Part shown: positions 45,001 to 57,000 of the stretch, one piece after another
How the letters are laid out: every line of letters starts with the position of its first letter
Position numbering within the stretch: position 1 is the stretch's first letter
NCBI GenBank assembly: GCA_964434115.1
Contig: CAYSSX010000007.1
Coordinates: forward strand, 18,734-82,733
Length of the DNA stretch: 64,000 bases
Direction of reading: 5' to 3'
DNA from: an uncultured bacterium
GTDB taxonomy: Bacteria; Omnitrophota; Omnitrophia; Omnitrophales; Aquincolibacteriaceae
Translations under genes and position numbers: made by a program
The notes under the pieces: model-generated
What the model saw: the letters and a program-made list of their open reading frames with translations, nothing else
Told to the model about the DNA's origin: nothing
Database searches by the model: none

Positions 45001-48000
45001 GAGACCTTTCAGGATTCTGTGAGAATGCGGACTTCTGCTATGGCATGGGCGGTTACAATCCTGCGCCCCAGCCCAAGAATGTCAAGGTGACCTTGAACAA
45101 GATCAAAGGAAAAGTAACGCGTATCCGGACCGTTTATGAAGACTCCGGGGAAGCTCAGAAGATCCGTGTTGAAGATCAGGATGTTTATGTGGTCAAGGAA
45201 AACAAGGACTTCCTGAACTATGGCGGCCGCATTGAAGACCAGAACTCAAAGTATGAACTCAATCCGAACGCGGGAAGCTACCGCTTCACAACGCGCGGTG
45301 AAACGTACTGGTCCGACCCTTCCGACAAAACCGTTAAGATCGGAACGAAATTAACCTACCGCGTTGATGTCGACAAGGTGACCGGAGCCGTGACTCTGCG
45401 TGAGAATGACACCAAGAGTCTCGGTGTTCAGGTGCTTGAAATTGACGGCCGCTACTACACGGGTGTTTATGATCCGGAGAATTCCAGCCGCCAGTTCACC
45501 TTCAATGATGGTTTCGGCCAGTACATCAGCACCATGGATACGTTCGGGTTCTATGAGGAAGACGGCACGCTATTCTCTTCGCCATCCCTGTACGGCAACA
45601 ACCGTCAGAATTACGCCCGCATTGAGTCCAAAGATGTTCTGACCACCAAAGGCCCGCGTGAGTTAGGTTCCAAATACACGACCAACGAGCTCAATTATCA
45701 GCTGGACATTACAGACCAGGGTTTCTACCGGGTCGGCTTATCCGCGAAAGTACTCTCGGATCTTGAGGATGCGATTTACAAAGACAATGCCAAGGGACCG
45801 AGCCTTGCTCTGGATCATGCCTTCAGTGTTTATCTGGATGGAAAATTTTATGGGACTTTCTACCTTCAGCCGAATGACAAGGAATTTCAGAACGCGGGCC
45901 TGAAAGTCCTGATTGATAAAGGCATTCATGACCTTAAGTTTGTCTGGAATGTTCCGGAACTTATGGATAAGACCAAGGAGATTTTTGGCGACATCAACAT
46001 TCAGATCCGCGATGTGTTCGCGGTCAAGGAAGAGGTCTTCCAGGCGGACTTGAACGGTGACTTGGTGGTCGATGCTGCGGACCGAGCGATCTTGGAAGGT
46101 CTTATCACTGAAAACCGTACTCCTGAAAAGGGCGAAGCGCTGGATGCTTCCAAACAATACATAGATATGTTCGGCGTCCGGTATGAGGCTGTCCGCAACG
46201 AAGAAGGAAAATGGTCTTTTGTGAACGGCGGTACGGTTTACACTGAAGACAGCAATGGTCAGATTACGGTCAATGGCGTCCTGTTCAACGTGAAGACCGA
46301 TGCCTTGTCACGGTCGATGGCCTGGGATTTTGCGGAAAAGCTTGAAAACGGAGACACTCTTTATCCGTCCAATACCGGAAATGCCGGCCAGAGTTTTGAA
46401 TTCCTGGGTAAACATTTCACCGTTTGGGCCATTAAAACAGGTGCTGACAACAAGCTTCGTTTCCATCTCTTTGACGGCGAAACGGAATACATTTCCGAGC
46501 CTGGCGACATGTGGGGGAATTGGGGCGGCGGCGATGACGATTATCCGGGCATGGGAATGGGCGGGATGGGGATGGGCGGCTATGGCAGTTCGTTCAATTT
46601 CCCTGACCCCAAGGTTGCCATTAACGGGAAAGTTTATAAGGTTTCTGAAGTCATGGGCAAGAAAGCCACTGTCCGGCTTGAAGAGCAGATGAAGCGCAGC
46701 GAGCTTCTCGCGGAAGAAGTGATCGAAGCCAATGGCTTCCGCTACCGGATCACTCAGGATGCGGACCACTTCTACCTTAACAACGGCACCAAAATTTATA
46801 CCGTAGACAAGACCGCGTCCCGGGTGAACCTTGACGGTTACATTTACGATATCGAATTTATTTATCCTGAAAACAACAATCAGGGAGGCTACTACGGCGG
46901 TGATGAAGGCGATGATCCTTTTGGAATGGGCGGATACTTCGGCCCCGGCGGCTCCATGGGCGGCGGCTACGGCGGCACCCAGCAGCAGCCGAAGCCGATT
47001 GGCCTGACACTGAAGGAAGTACTGCCGGACGTCCGGCCGGTTTTCCTGCAGACGATCGAAATCGCGGACCATGTTTTGAGCGTGGATGTCTCTGAGGATG
47101 ATCCAAACTCCTTCCTTTTCAGTGATGGGACTAATCTCTTCCTCAGTGATCCCGTGACGATGAAAGTTGTGATTTACGGTGCTTCCTACGACATTACTGT
47201 GGATGGCGGCGGTGTTTCCTTGACGGAAACGTCCTACTCGATTGTGAAGTCCGGAGAGCATGAAGTAACGATTAATGGGACAACGTACCTGGTCCAGTCT
47301 ATTGGTAACGGCCAGTATGTTCTTTCCACGCCGCCGGTCACTTTCACCAGTGATGTGGATGAGACCGTTGTGATTGACGGCACCACCTACCACGTGATGA
47401 AGGATCCTGCCGGGCGTGTGTTCCTTTTGAAAACGCGGCCTGTTGAAAGCGTCATTGTCAATGTCCGGGTGATCTTTGCCGGCGGCCGTCCGTATCAGGT
47501 GACGGCCAACAATGCCGTGCCCGGAACGTGGGTCTTTAAAGACGGCAATAAAACTTACACGAGCCAGGCTTCCGGACGCCTTGATATTGACGGCGTCCTC
47601 TATGATGTTTCTTATGATGCGGTCAAAGACGTTCTGACCGTCGGAAAAAAGCAAGGCATTACGGCCGATCTGAATGTCGACGGCGTGCTGAATGAGACGG
47701 ATCTTAACCTGATCAAGGATCACTGGGGCGCCCGTGACATTCCGGTCCAGAACGGGTCCGCTTTTGTCGCTAAAGGCGCAGACGTCACGGTTTCAGGGCA
47801 ATCGGCTCAGGCCCGGGGCGGCACGTCGCGCGGCGAGTACTGGGCGGATTATGAATTCAGCATCGATGCTTCGGGCAGCTATGAAATAGGCCTGGAAGTT
47901 CTGAAGGGCAACGATGTTCATATGGAAACCTTCCGCTTCGACGTCTTCGTCGATGATATGGAAACGCCCGCGGCCCAGCTTGAAATGACGGCATCAACGA

Positions 48001-51000
48001 CAACGGCCCAACTCGCAGCACTGGCGCGCACCTTTAGTGCGGGGAATCACCGCATCCGCTTTACTTGGCTGAATCCTGTCACGAATGCCGCGATGAACAT
48101 TGTGAGGGTGTCGGTCCGGGACACGCGCTATTGGGATCTTGCGGATCTTGATAAGGACGGCGTGATCGGCCTTGGTGATGTTTCCACCTATCTTAATCAG
48201 GCCTCCCGGAGCGATTACGCGAAGCAGATTTCCTTGAACAATAAGCGCTATTACATGGATGGCCGTCCGGAAGGCCGCATCCGCATCACCGATGGCACTA
48301 AGAACTATGATAGCGATGAAGCCGGGCACGAGATAACGGTGGACGGGAAGAAATATTACATCGTTCATGAGGGCCAGGAACCGGTTGCCCTGCGTCTGGT
48401 TGAAGCACTTCGGATTGACCTGAATCAGGACGGCCTTTTCAATGAAGCGGATGACAAGATTTTTGCCGCGGCTTTTGCTAGCCATCAGCATGATATTCTC
48501 CCTGCGGAATCCAGCAATACCCAGTATTTCAAAGGCACGGAAGCTAATGTCGATGCCGCCTACATCGTTTCCCGCGGAGCCACAGGGTCCGGCAGCATGG
48601 GCTACGGCGGTTTTGGAAGCGGAGATCCGACGATCAGCATTACGGAGACCGTCGCGCAGGCCGGGACTTACCGCATCGGACTTGCGGCCCGCAATTACAG
48701 CGGCCAGGATAACAAGCCGAATTGGGACGGCTGGAAATTCTCCAACAACATGACGAATGCGCGCTTTACGGCAGAAGGCGGATTTGCGGCCTCGATCAAC
48801 GGACAAGGATTCGCGTTGTCGAAGGATGGCCTTAGCATTGACGCCAGCCAAAGTAATTACCTGACTCTGGACTATCTGCTCACCAGCGGCTTCAATGGCA
48901 AGATTTATTGGAAACGTGACGGTGATACGGATTTCAATGAAGCCCGCAGCCTTGACTTCTCTCTTTGGGCTAATGGTGAAAGCAAGGAATACTCCCTCTA
49001 CATGAAGGACAATGCCCTTTGGAACGGCATCATCCGTGAAATCAAGCTTGTCCCGACGGATGAAGCGACTTCAAATTTCAATATCCGGGGTATCTCGTTC
49101 CGTAAAACTTCAGATGGTCCGAGCTTAACGGGCTGGGGTGTTTACGGCCCGCAGGAAGAAGGTTACTTTAAATACCGTGTGGTAGTGGATGGCCAGAGTA
49201 AGGGGACGTTTGAGGTTGCGTGGGATAAAACAGGGCACAATGAAAATTACCTGAATGTCGAACTTTCGGCCGGCCAGCACGACATCAAGATTATCGAAAT
49301 GAACAAGTACGGCTACGACTACACCTTCCAGGCTGTTTTCCAGGCTGAGGTTTCGAAATCCTTTATCCGGAAAATTGACACACGTGCTGATTTTAACGGA
49401 GACGGCCTTGTGAACCAGGCCGATCAGGCGGTCTTTGGATCTGAGCATGCCGGTTTCATCGATGAAAATGTTCTCAGCCTTGGCGGTCGTTACCTCTCCG
49501 TAACCGAGAACGGCGACGGCACGGTTACATTTCTCCGGGGCGCTCAGGATGGACAGGTGTATGTGACCGATGCGGCAACAGGACAAATCATGATCGGCGA
49601 CGTCCGCTTTGATGTCTGGAAAGACCCCAGCACAGGGGATGGCGTGGTCAGTATGCCGTTCCGCGACAGCTCTCACGTCTGGGACCAGGTTATCCAACTG
49701 GAAGGCCGGAACCTCGCGGTTCTTCACGAAACCGATGGAGCCTTCCGTTTTATGGAATATGAAAAAGCAAACGGGAAAAGCTACCGGTCCAACATGGAAG
49801 GAAGCCTGGTCGAAATCGAAGGGGTTCTTTACAACATTGAATACAATGAATCCCTGCGTCAGCTCCGTCTTGTGGAAATCACCCATGATATCAAGGCCAG
49901 CGGCTGGGAGTACGCGAAAGTGGGCCAGGACACGATCTGGTACAAAGCGGCTCCGGATGGCACCCCCATTTTCAAATTTGAGAGCGAATACCTGCGCGCC
50001 GACCAAGAAACCGGGTATCTAATTTTTAAGGGCGCCCGTTACAAAATCATGAAAGATCGTCTGGACCGCCTCAGCCTTATGGAGATTCAGACGGGGGACT
50101 TGAATGAAGACGGTACTCTTGATTTCGCGGATCAGGAATTGATGCTTGAATCTTTGCCTTCACAGGTTCCGTATCATCTGGATGCGACCACGGCTTCGAA
50201 ATTCAACCGTTTTGTCGAAGGCCAAAACGGAGACATGATGTACTCGACCTATCAGGGCTATCCGAACTATGCCAGTTATTACCTTGATTATGAAGTGACG
50301 CTGGACACGCCGAAATCCCAGGACATCGCGGCTTATGATGTCGGCCTTAGCCTGAAAAGCTATGACGGCATGACGATCCCTGAAAATTATGAATATAAAT
50401 TTGAAATCCTCGTGGATGGTATCAAGGCTGGTGTTTTGACCATTCTGGGCGATGAACAGAAATACCAAAGAGAATCGCTCCGCCTTAATCTTCCGGACGG
50501 CTTCCACACAGTCCGTTTCCGCTGGATGAACCCTGTTTCCGATGTGAGCGTCGAAATCAACGAGGCTTTTATTGATGAAGTGGACTCCCATCTTGGAGCC
50601 AATCTTGTGCAGTCGGATGAAACCCTTCCCGAGATTCCTGTGAAGGTCGGCACGCTCAATGAAAAAGACCGCTCAATCGTCGAAATGAAGATCGGTGACC
50701 AAACTTACCGAATCGCTCGTGATGAAGCCGGTTTTGGCTATAGCGGCACCCAGCCGGTCATTGTTTATGCCGTGGTGGATGAGCACACGGGCAAAGTGAT
50801 CAAAACCGGCTACACGGGAACCTGGGATGCCCCGGCCTCTGATTTCCAGGACATGGTCACAGCCATGCCGGAAGGCCGCATGGTGGTGGCCGCAACCTTT
50901 GGAGGCGCGCCTTACAGCTACTCCGGAACCAATGAACTTTTCCGTGCTTTTGAAGCTCTCGGTGCTTCAGATTTCCGCAACATCAGCCAGGGCGACAGCT

Positions 51001-54000
51001 GGGTATTCGTGGGCCGCAAGGGCGCCCGATCAAGCAGCGTGACGGAATCTCTAGCCCGTGAACAGGACAGTAAATCAAGGACTGCGGTCAGCATTGTGAC
51101 CCGCGCGGGTTCGGACAAAGACCGCATTCAGGTCAATGACCGCGACTATGAATTGTTTCAGGAAAAATTTAACAGCTCGAAGGAATATCAGAAGATCAAG
51201 CTGGACGCCGTGGACTATTACCTCAGCCGCACGGGGACGGAGGCCTATACCCTGACTGATGGAACCACGGTCTGGGACAGTGTTATGGTCGACGGGGTAG
51301 CCGAGCTGACGGTGAACGGTAAATCCTATCATGTAGAGCAGGATGCCATCGGCCGCTTTGAAATGGTGGAAGCCATCCCCGGAGATCTTAACCAGGACGG
51401 AATTATTGATAACCAGGACGCCGCGCTTTTGACCGGCTATCTGGGTTCCGCCAATTTTACTCAGTCCGGCCGTAATGTGATAGCGACCAGCGGAGTTTTC
51501 CAGTACGGTGACGAGCCCGATAACTTCTATATCAGCGCTTGGGGCGGTTACGGCGGTTATGGCGGCGGTATGGGGATGGGCATGGGAATGGGCGGCGAAG
51601 AGGGCGGGTCCGGCGGCCGCGGGAATTATGACACACTTGCCGGCTTTAAGACCGAAGACTCCCTTGTGACGCTAGGCAAGAGAATGCCCATGGCCTTTGA
51701 TGTCGAAGTTTCCGAAGACGGCTACTACGCAGCGGGACTTGAGGCCCGGAATTATTTCCAGGCACTCGCTGACTGGAAGATTGAAGTGGATGTCTATGTG
51801 GATGATGAATATGTCCGTCAGGCCGAATTCAATTTTGACGCCACGCGCGCGGATTACGAAATCCAGAAAACCAATCTCTTCCTTAAAAAAGGCAAGCACC
51901 GGATCTATTTTGTGGTCACTGATGAATTCGGTGACGGTAATCGTGAAGTCCTCGGCCAGGCGCCTGACCTCACCGGCAAACCGCTTTCGGTCGGTTCGTC
52001 TCTGGAAGTGAAACAGTTTGTCTTTACTGACTCCTCCTACAATCGCCAAGCGGACATTAACCGTGACGGTAAAATTGACGGGGGCGACCAGCAAATGCTT
52101 GCGGATATTATCGGCGTCAGCGGTCGCATTGTCAGCCGTCTGAAGGCTGAAGCCGCGCTTGTGATCCAGATTGAGAACCGTTTCTTTAGCGTGGAAATCG
52201 CGGGTGAGCAGGTCACTTTCCGTAATGGTGCTGAGGTCATTACGCCCGATGCTGAAGGCCGTTTCGCGATAGAAGGCCGTAAGTATCAGGTGAGTCGTAA
52301 TGCCGCGGGCGATGTTGGAATTTCTGGGGTCAGCGAAGTTTATGCCTTGATTGATCCTTCCGCCTCGGCCGAAACGAGCCAGGTTCAGGCCGATTCCTTT
52401 GTGATGATCGGCGACCATTACTGGAACATTCAGAAGCTTGGCGACGGGCATTTCCGTTTCTTTGACGATGCGGGCCAGGAAGCGACTTCTGCTGCCGGAA
52501 CAGGCGCGGATGAAGTGACCCTCCTTGGCGTGAAGTACAAAGTTTTTGGCACGGATCCGAAAGCCCTCACGCTTGAAGAGTTCCACATTGAAAGCGTTAA
52601 GACCGGTGACCTTTTGATCCGTCTCGGCGGTGTGGATTACCGCGTATTGGCGGAGAACGGCAACTGGCGCTTTACGAACCTGGCCAATGCCAATCAGACC
52701 TACCTTTCCGCGAGCGGCAACATCACGCTCCCAAGCGGTACTTACAGCGTGGTCTGGAGTGAAACGCTTAAGGAACTCGTGATCGGCAATCACCCGATTA
52801 TTTCCCAGGGCCTTGCCAAACAGGGTGTGGAACTCGGCGATAAGCTGTATGAAATCACGGTCAACGGCAATACGTCACTCACCCTCTCGGGTGTTGACGG
52901 GCCGTGGACTTCAACGGTGTTTGCGCCGGATGCAACGGTTACGGTCAACGGCCAGCTCTACGTGATTCAGCAAAACGCGGAAGGCCGTTACGTCTTCACA
53001 GGCCGCATTCACAGTTCGCCGGTGGTGGGACCGGTTCTTCTTTTCAACGGCGACCTGTTTATGGTCGAGCAGGTGGGCAATCAGTTTATTCTCCGCGATC
53101 ACGGCCGTCTCTATAAGAGCGGCGCGTATGTGAATGACGCAGTGGTCACCGATTCGTCTCCCGCGGGCGACATTCAGGGAGGTCAGGACACGACCCCGCG
53201 CGACACGATTACCAACACCTCGAACAATGCCCCGATCACCGTGAACCCGGCAGGGACGACCGTGACCGGTTCTCCGATCACCAGTGACAGCGGCAATACA
53301 AACTACACAGGCACGGGGATCGATGCCGCTCATCCGGACATCCCCAGCCAGGGCGCGAGCGCGGCGGATATTCCTTCCGCGGGAACCGCGGCCGCTTACC
53401 CGCAGGTTGCGGATCAAGGGTCCGTGCTCGACACCATTATTTCCGACAAGGTTTTGGGGTCCGGAGTTTCAATTGACGGAGTGACGTCGAATGTTGTGGT
53501 TTCCAAGACTGCCGCTGACGCTCAGCACTTGGCTGTGCTCAGTCAGAATGGAACTTTCGAGGCCGCAAACGGTGAAAGTTACACCTGGGCTTGCGACTAC
53601 CAGGGCGCAGGGGATACCTGCTACCTTCAGATCCGTAACTCTTTGAACGCCTTGGTCTATAGCGAAAGCAAGGCGGGCGTCACCACCAATTCTCTTTTCG
53701 CGAAACCTTTCCTGGCAGGAAGCATTCCGTACGCGGTCCGCTATACGCCGTCCAACAATACGCTTTCGCTTTCGGCGCTGGGCAAGACAGGCACCTTCAC
53801 GATCGCGGGGCAGGGTGACTTCCGCTTTGGTTATGTGGAGTACACGGAAGCGTCACAGAATAAATTCATCTTTAAAATTGAGAAGACCGACGGTACCCAA
53901 CTTTACACGCAGGAAGGCCTTGTGCCGCCGGCGCCGAGCTTTGTGCAGGTTTACAACGCGGGAACGGAAAGCTTCACGGTCAATTTCAACAAGGATTCTT

Positions 54001-57000
54001 CCGAGCTTAAACTCAAGCCCATGATTGACCGCGGGACGTTTATTGGCACGGACAACAAACCTTACAGCTGGATCTATGAACGCAAGAGCGGTAATCAGTG
54101 GGAATACAAAATCATGGACGGCCAGACGGTGGTCTACCAGCAGACAGGCTCGGGTATTGATACGCCGGCCATGGCCGAACCGTTCTTCCTCCGCGCGAAG
54201 GCGTACCGCATTCAGTATGACGCGGTCACCCGCAAGCTGAACCTGGTTCCGGCAGCGATCAGCCGCCAGTTCACAGGAACAGACAATCAGGTTTATGAAT
54301 GGGTTTTCGCGGCCTGGACAACCACGCAGGGCAATCGCTGGAAAATCGCGATCCATAAAGTCTCGGATGGTTCCCAGGCTTACATGCAGGAAGGGACCGG
54401 AACCGCGCCCGCGCGTTTTGAAGGTACGCTCCGCCTCGCGAATGTGACTTACAAAGTTGCCTACAACCAGGCCTTCGACCGCCTGAGCCTTGTTCCTCCG
54501 GCGGTTTACGGGGAGTTCACTTCGGACAGCAAGACGTATGTCTGGGGCCTGGACGGAAGCCTGGATCCTCTGGATCCGCTTCCCACACCGCAGGTCACGC
54601 CCATCACCAATGCCGGTCAGACTGATAACGGCGCGGCTTTCCAGATTTCTGTGACGCAGCAGGGCTCCGGGTTTACGGAATTCCGTGTTGACGGCGGGCC
54701 CGCGAACAATTGGAACTGGGAGAGAACGGCCATTTTCATCAATGGCGTGAAGGTTGCGGATGTGGCTAGAAACAGCGCGTTCCGCATTAACTATTCAGGC
54801 CCGCTGGGGGATTTAAAAATCAAGGCCCAGTTTATGGATGATTATGGCGGCCTCTTTGGTACGGCCACGCCGGAAGTCACGGTTTCCACCGGTCCGCTCT
54901 GGGCCATGACGATCGGCATCCCGGGTGAAACGCCGGCGTATCAGGTTTCCGGAATGAACCGTCCGCCGGTTCCGTCCGAACCTGTCTTTATTGGCGCCAA
55001 GGCCTATACGCTCGTTTACAACGCTGGAACCAAGACCCTCACCCTGACCGCGGCCGGAACCACCGGAACCCTGACGGGCCCGGACACAAAATCCTACACC
55101 TGGAGTCTTGTGACCTGGGCCGAAGGCCAGACGAACAAATGGAAGATCGTCATGATGCAGGCCGATGGGTCCAACCGTTATGAGCAGACGGGCACAGGTG
55201 CGGTGCCCGCAGTTTTTGACGCGCACATGCTGTTTGGAAATGCCCCTTACTCGCTGAATTACACAACTCAGGACTCCAAGCTGACCTTTAAATCCGCGGC
55301 TGTGGCCGGAACCTTTACCCTGGACGGCCGTGTGTATCAGTGGGCGTATGAAAACCGCACGGGCAATAACTGGACCCTGAAGATCACGCGTCAATCGGAT
55401 TCCGCGGTGGTCTACGACTTCGGCGGCACGGGAAAAACTCCGGACTTCAAAGTGCCCTTTGCGGAAGACGCGAGATTCTTCAGCCTCGCTTTGGATCTTG
55501 GCACCAAGGGCTTGACCCTGACGCAGGCCGCGAATGTCAAAAAAGGAAACTTTGCGGGACCCGACGGTAATTACCTCTGGGCTTTTGTCCGTTACGAAGA
55601 CAACGGCAGCCAGTGGCGTTTTGTTCTCCAGAAGGAAGGCTCTCTTTCAAGCACTCAGCTCACGGGCACGGGCACGGTTCCGGAAGTGTTTGCCGGTGTG
55701 GTGAACCTTGGCGGTGTGAATTACGGAATCCGCTACGAAGAAGGCACCTCGACGATCCGGGCTTTTGAGGCGCAGCAGACGGGCACCTTCACCGTCGGTC
55801 CCACGAATTATGTCTGGACCTACAATTATCTCGGAACAAGCTGGAACATGGATGTCCGTGAACAGGGCGGCGCGAATGTTTACACGGCGTCAGGCCCGGG
55901 CGCGGTTCCGGCCTTCACCCAGCCTTACCATATTGGCAGCAAGGATTACGCTTTGACGTATACAGTCAGCAATCATGTTTTGACCCTTGTGCCCACGGGT
56001 ACGCCGCTTCAGAGCACGGATACAAGCGCGGATTACAACAACACGGGCGCGAACCCAGTTTATTCCACGGTCACCAGCCAGGGCGCCAGCGGCGCGGACC
56101 TTAATTATACGGGTGCTGCCCCGGGTGACAGCGTGATCAATGGCGGCGGTGTGGCCCGTGAACAGATTACCCAGGACGCGGTTCCTGCCACGGGTTCAAG
56201 CCAGACTAGCAGCAATCTCAACGCGCCCAAGACCGCCACCGGAGCCGATGCGACACACGGCAACTTGGTAAGCGATTCTTCGAATGCCCCGATCGGTTCC
56301 AACGGTCAGGACTGGAGCCAGGGAGGCGTCGGTCCTTCCAATCTCGTGAGTAATGGAACCGGGTGTGTGGGTACGGGCATGATGCAGCCGCGCAACTGCT
56401 CCGGCTCCTTCACGGCCGCGGACGGCAGGCTTTATACCTGGACTTCCCAGACCATGATGGGTTCGACGAACTACACCATTCTTGATGATGACGCGATGCA
56501 GGTGGTCAGCGGCAGCGGCGTTCAAAGCTGGAATGTTGCGAATTATCCGTACTCCTACAGCATTAGCTTTGCAAGCGACAACATGACGCTGGATCCCGTT
56601 GGAATTCACGGCACGTACCAGGCCGGAAATCCGCTTGCGGACTACGACTGGATCTACAGCGAAAGCGGCATGATGATGTTCAAAAACTTTACGTTCAAAA
56701 TGAGCAAACGCGACGGCACCAATTATAAACAAGCGACCGGGTCCTATGAGCCTGACATGGATGAACTTCCCGCTTTAGGAACTTATACGATCGGAAGCAC
56801 GACTTATGACCTGGCCTATAACCCCTCCACCAAGCAGCTGGCGCTGGCCCAGGCCGGACCTGTCACTGGAACCTTTACGGGCGCTGACGGCCTTGAGTAC
56901 ACCTGGACCTACAGCTTCAACGGCATGACCAGCAGTTTCGATGTCAAACAGGGAGGCACCACGGTTTATCCGCTGGTGTCCACGAGCGGCACGGTTCCGA

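Larger units (their letters stand above)
35160..45640 (+). repeat. Beta-hairpin-like repeat array III (about 10 kb), interrupted by Gly-rich linkers and a non-repeat island
   Basis: Same motif family. Examples: VEVQGRIVFVKKNDDGTYTLYDDQGLFAITDN; VLIDGEPYRVFRNTDTKEIEVERI; VEIEGKTYLIEVDKVTGFVSLVEKL; VVLGNYIKYDVIEDPVTGRVHLEE; YRFTDKSGAVVESDPVTLKVTLNSKEYGVIEHQDGTVTVAAQ; VKINERIYTILKDAAGKISLQEQ. Confidence 0.6.

Noticed and set aside
41740-45060. Possible CRISPR-like or tandem nucleotide repeats in the ggcggt-rich stretches
   Set aside because: The quasi-repeats are short (6-15 nt), irregular and in frame, coding for Gly-rich low-complexity peptide. There is no repeat-spacer organisation and no 25-40 nt direct repeats. 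Not a CRISPR array.
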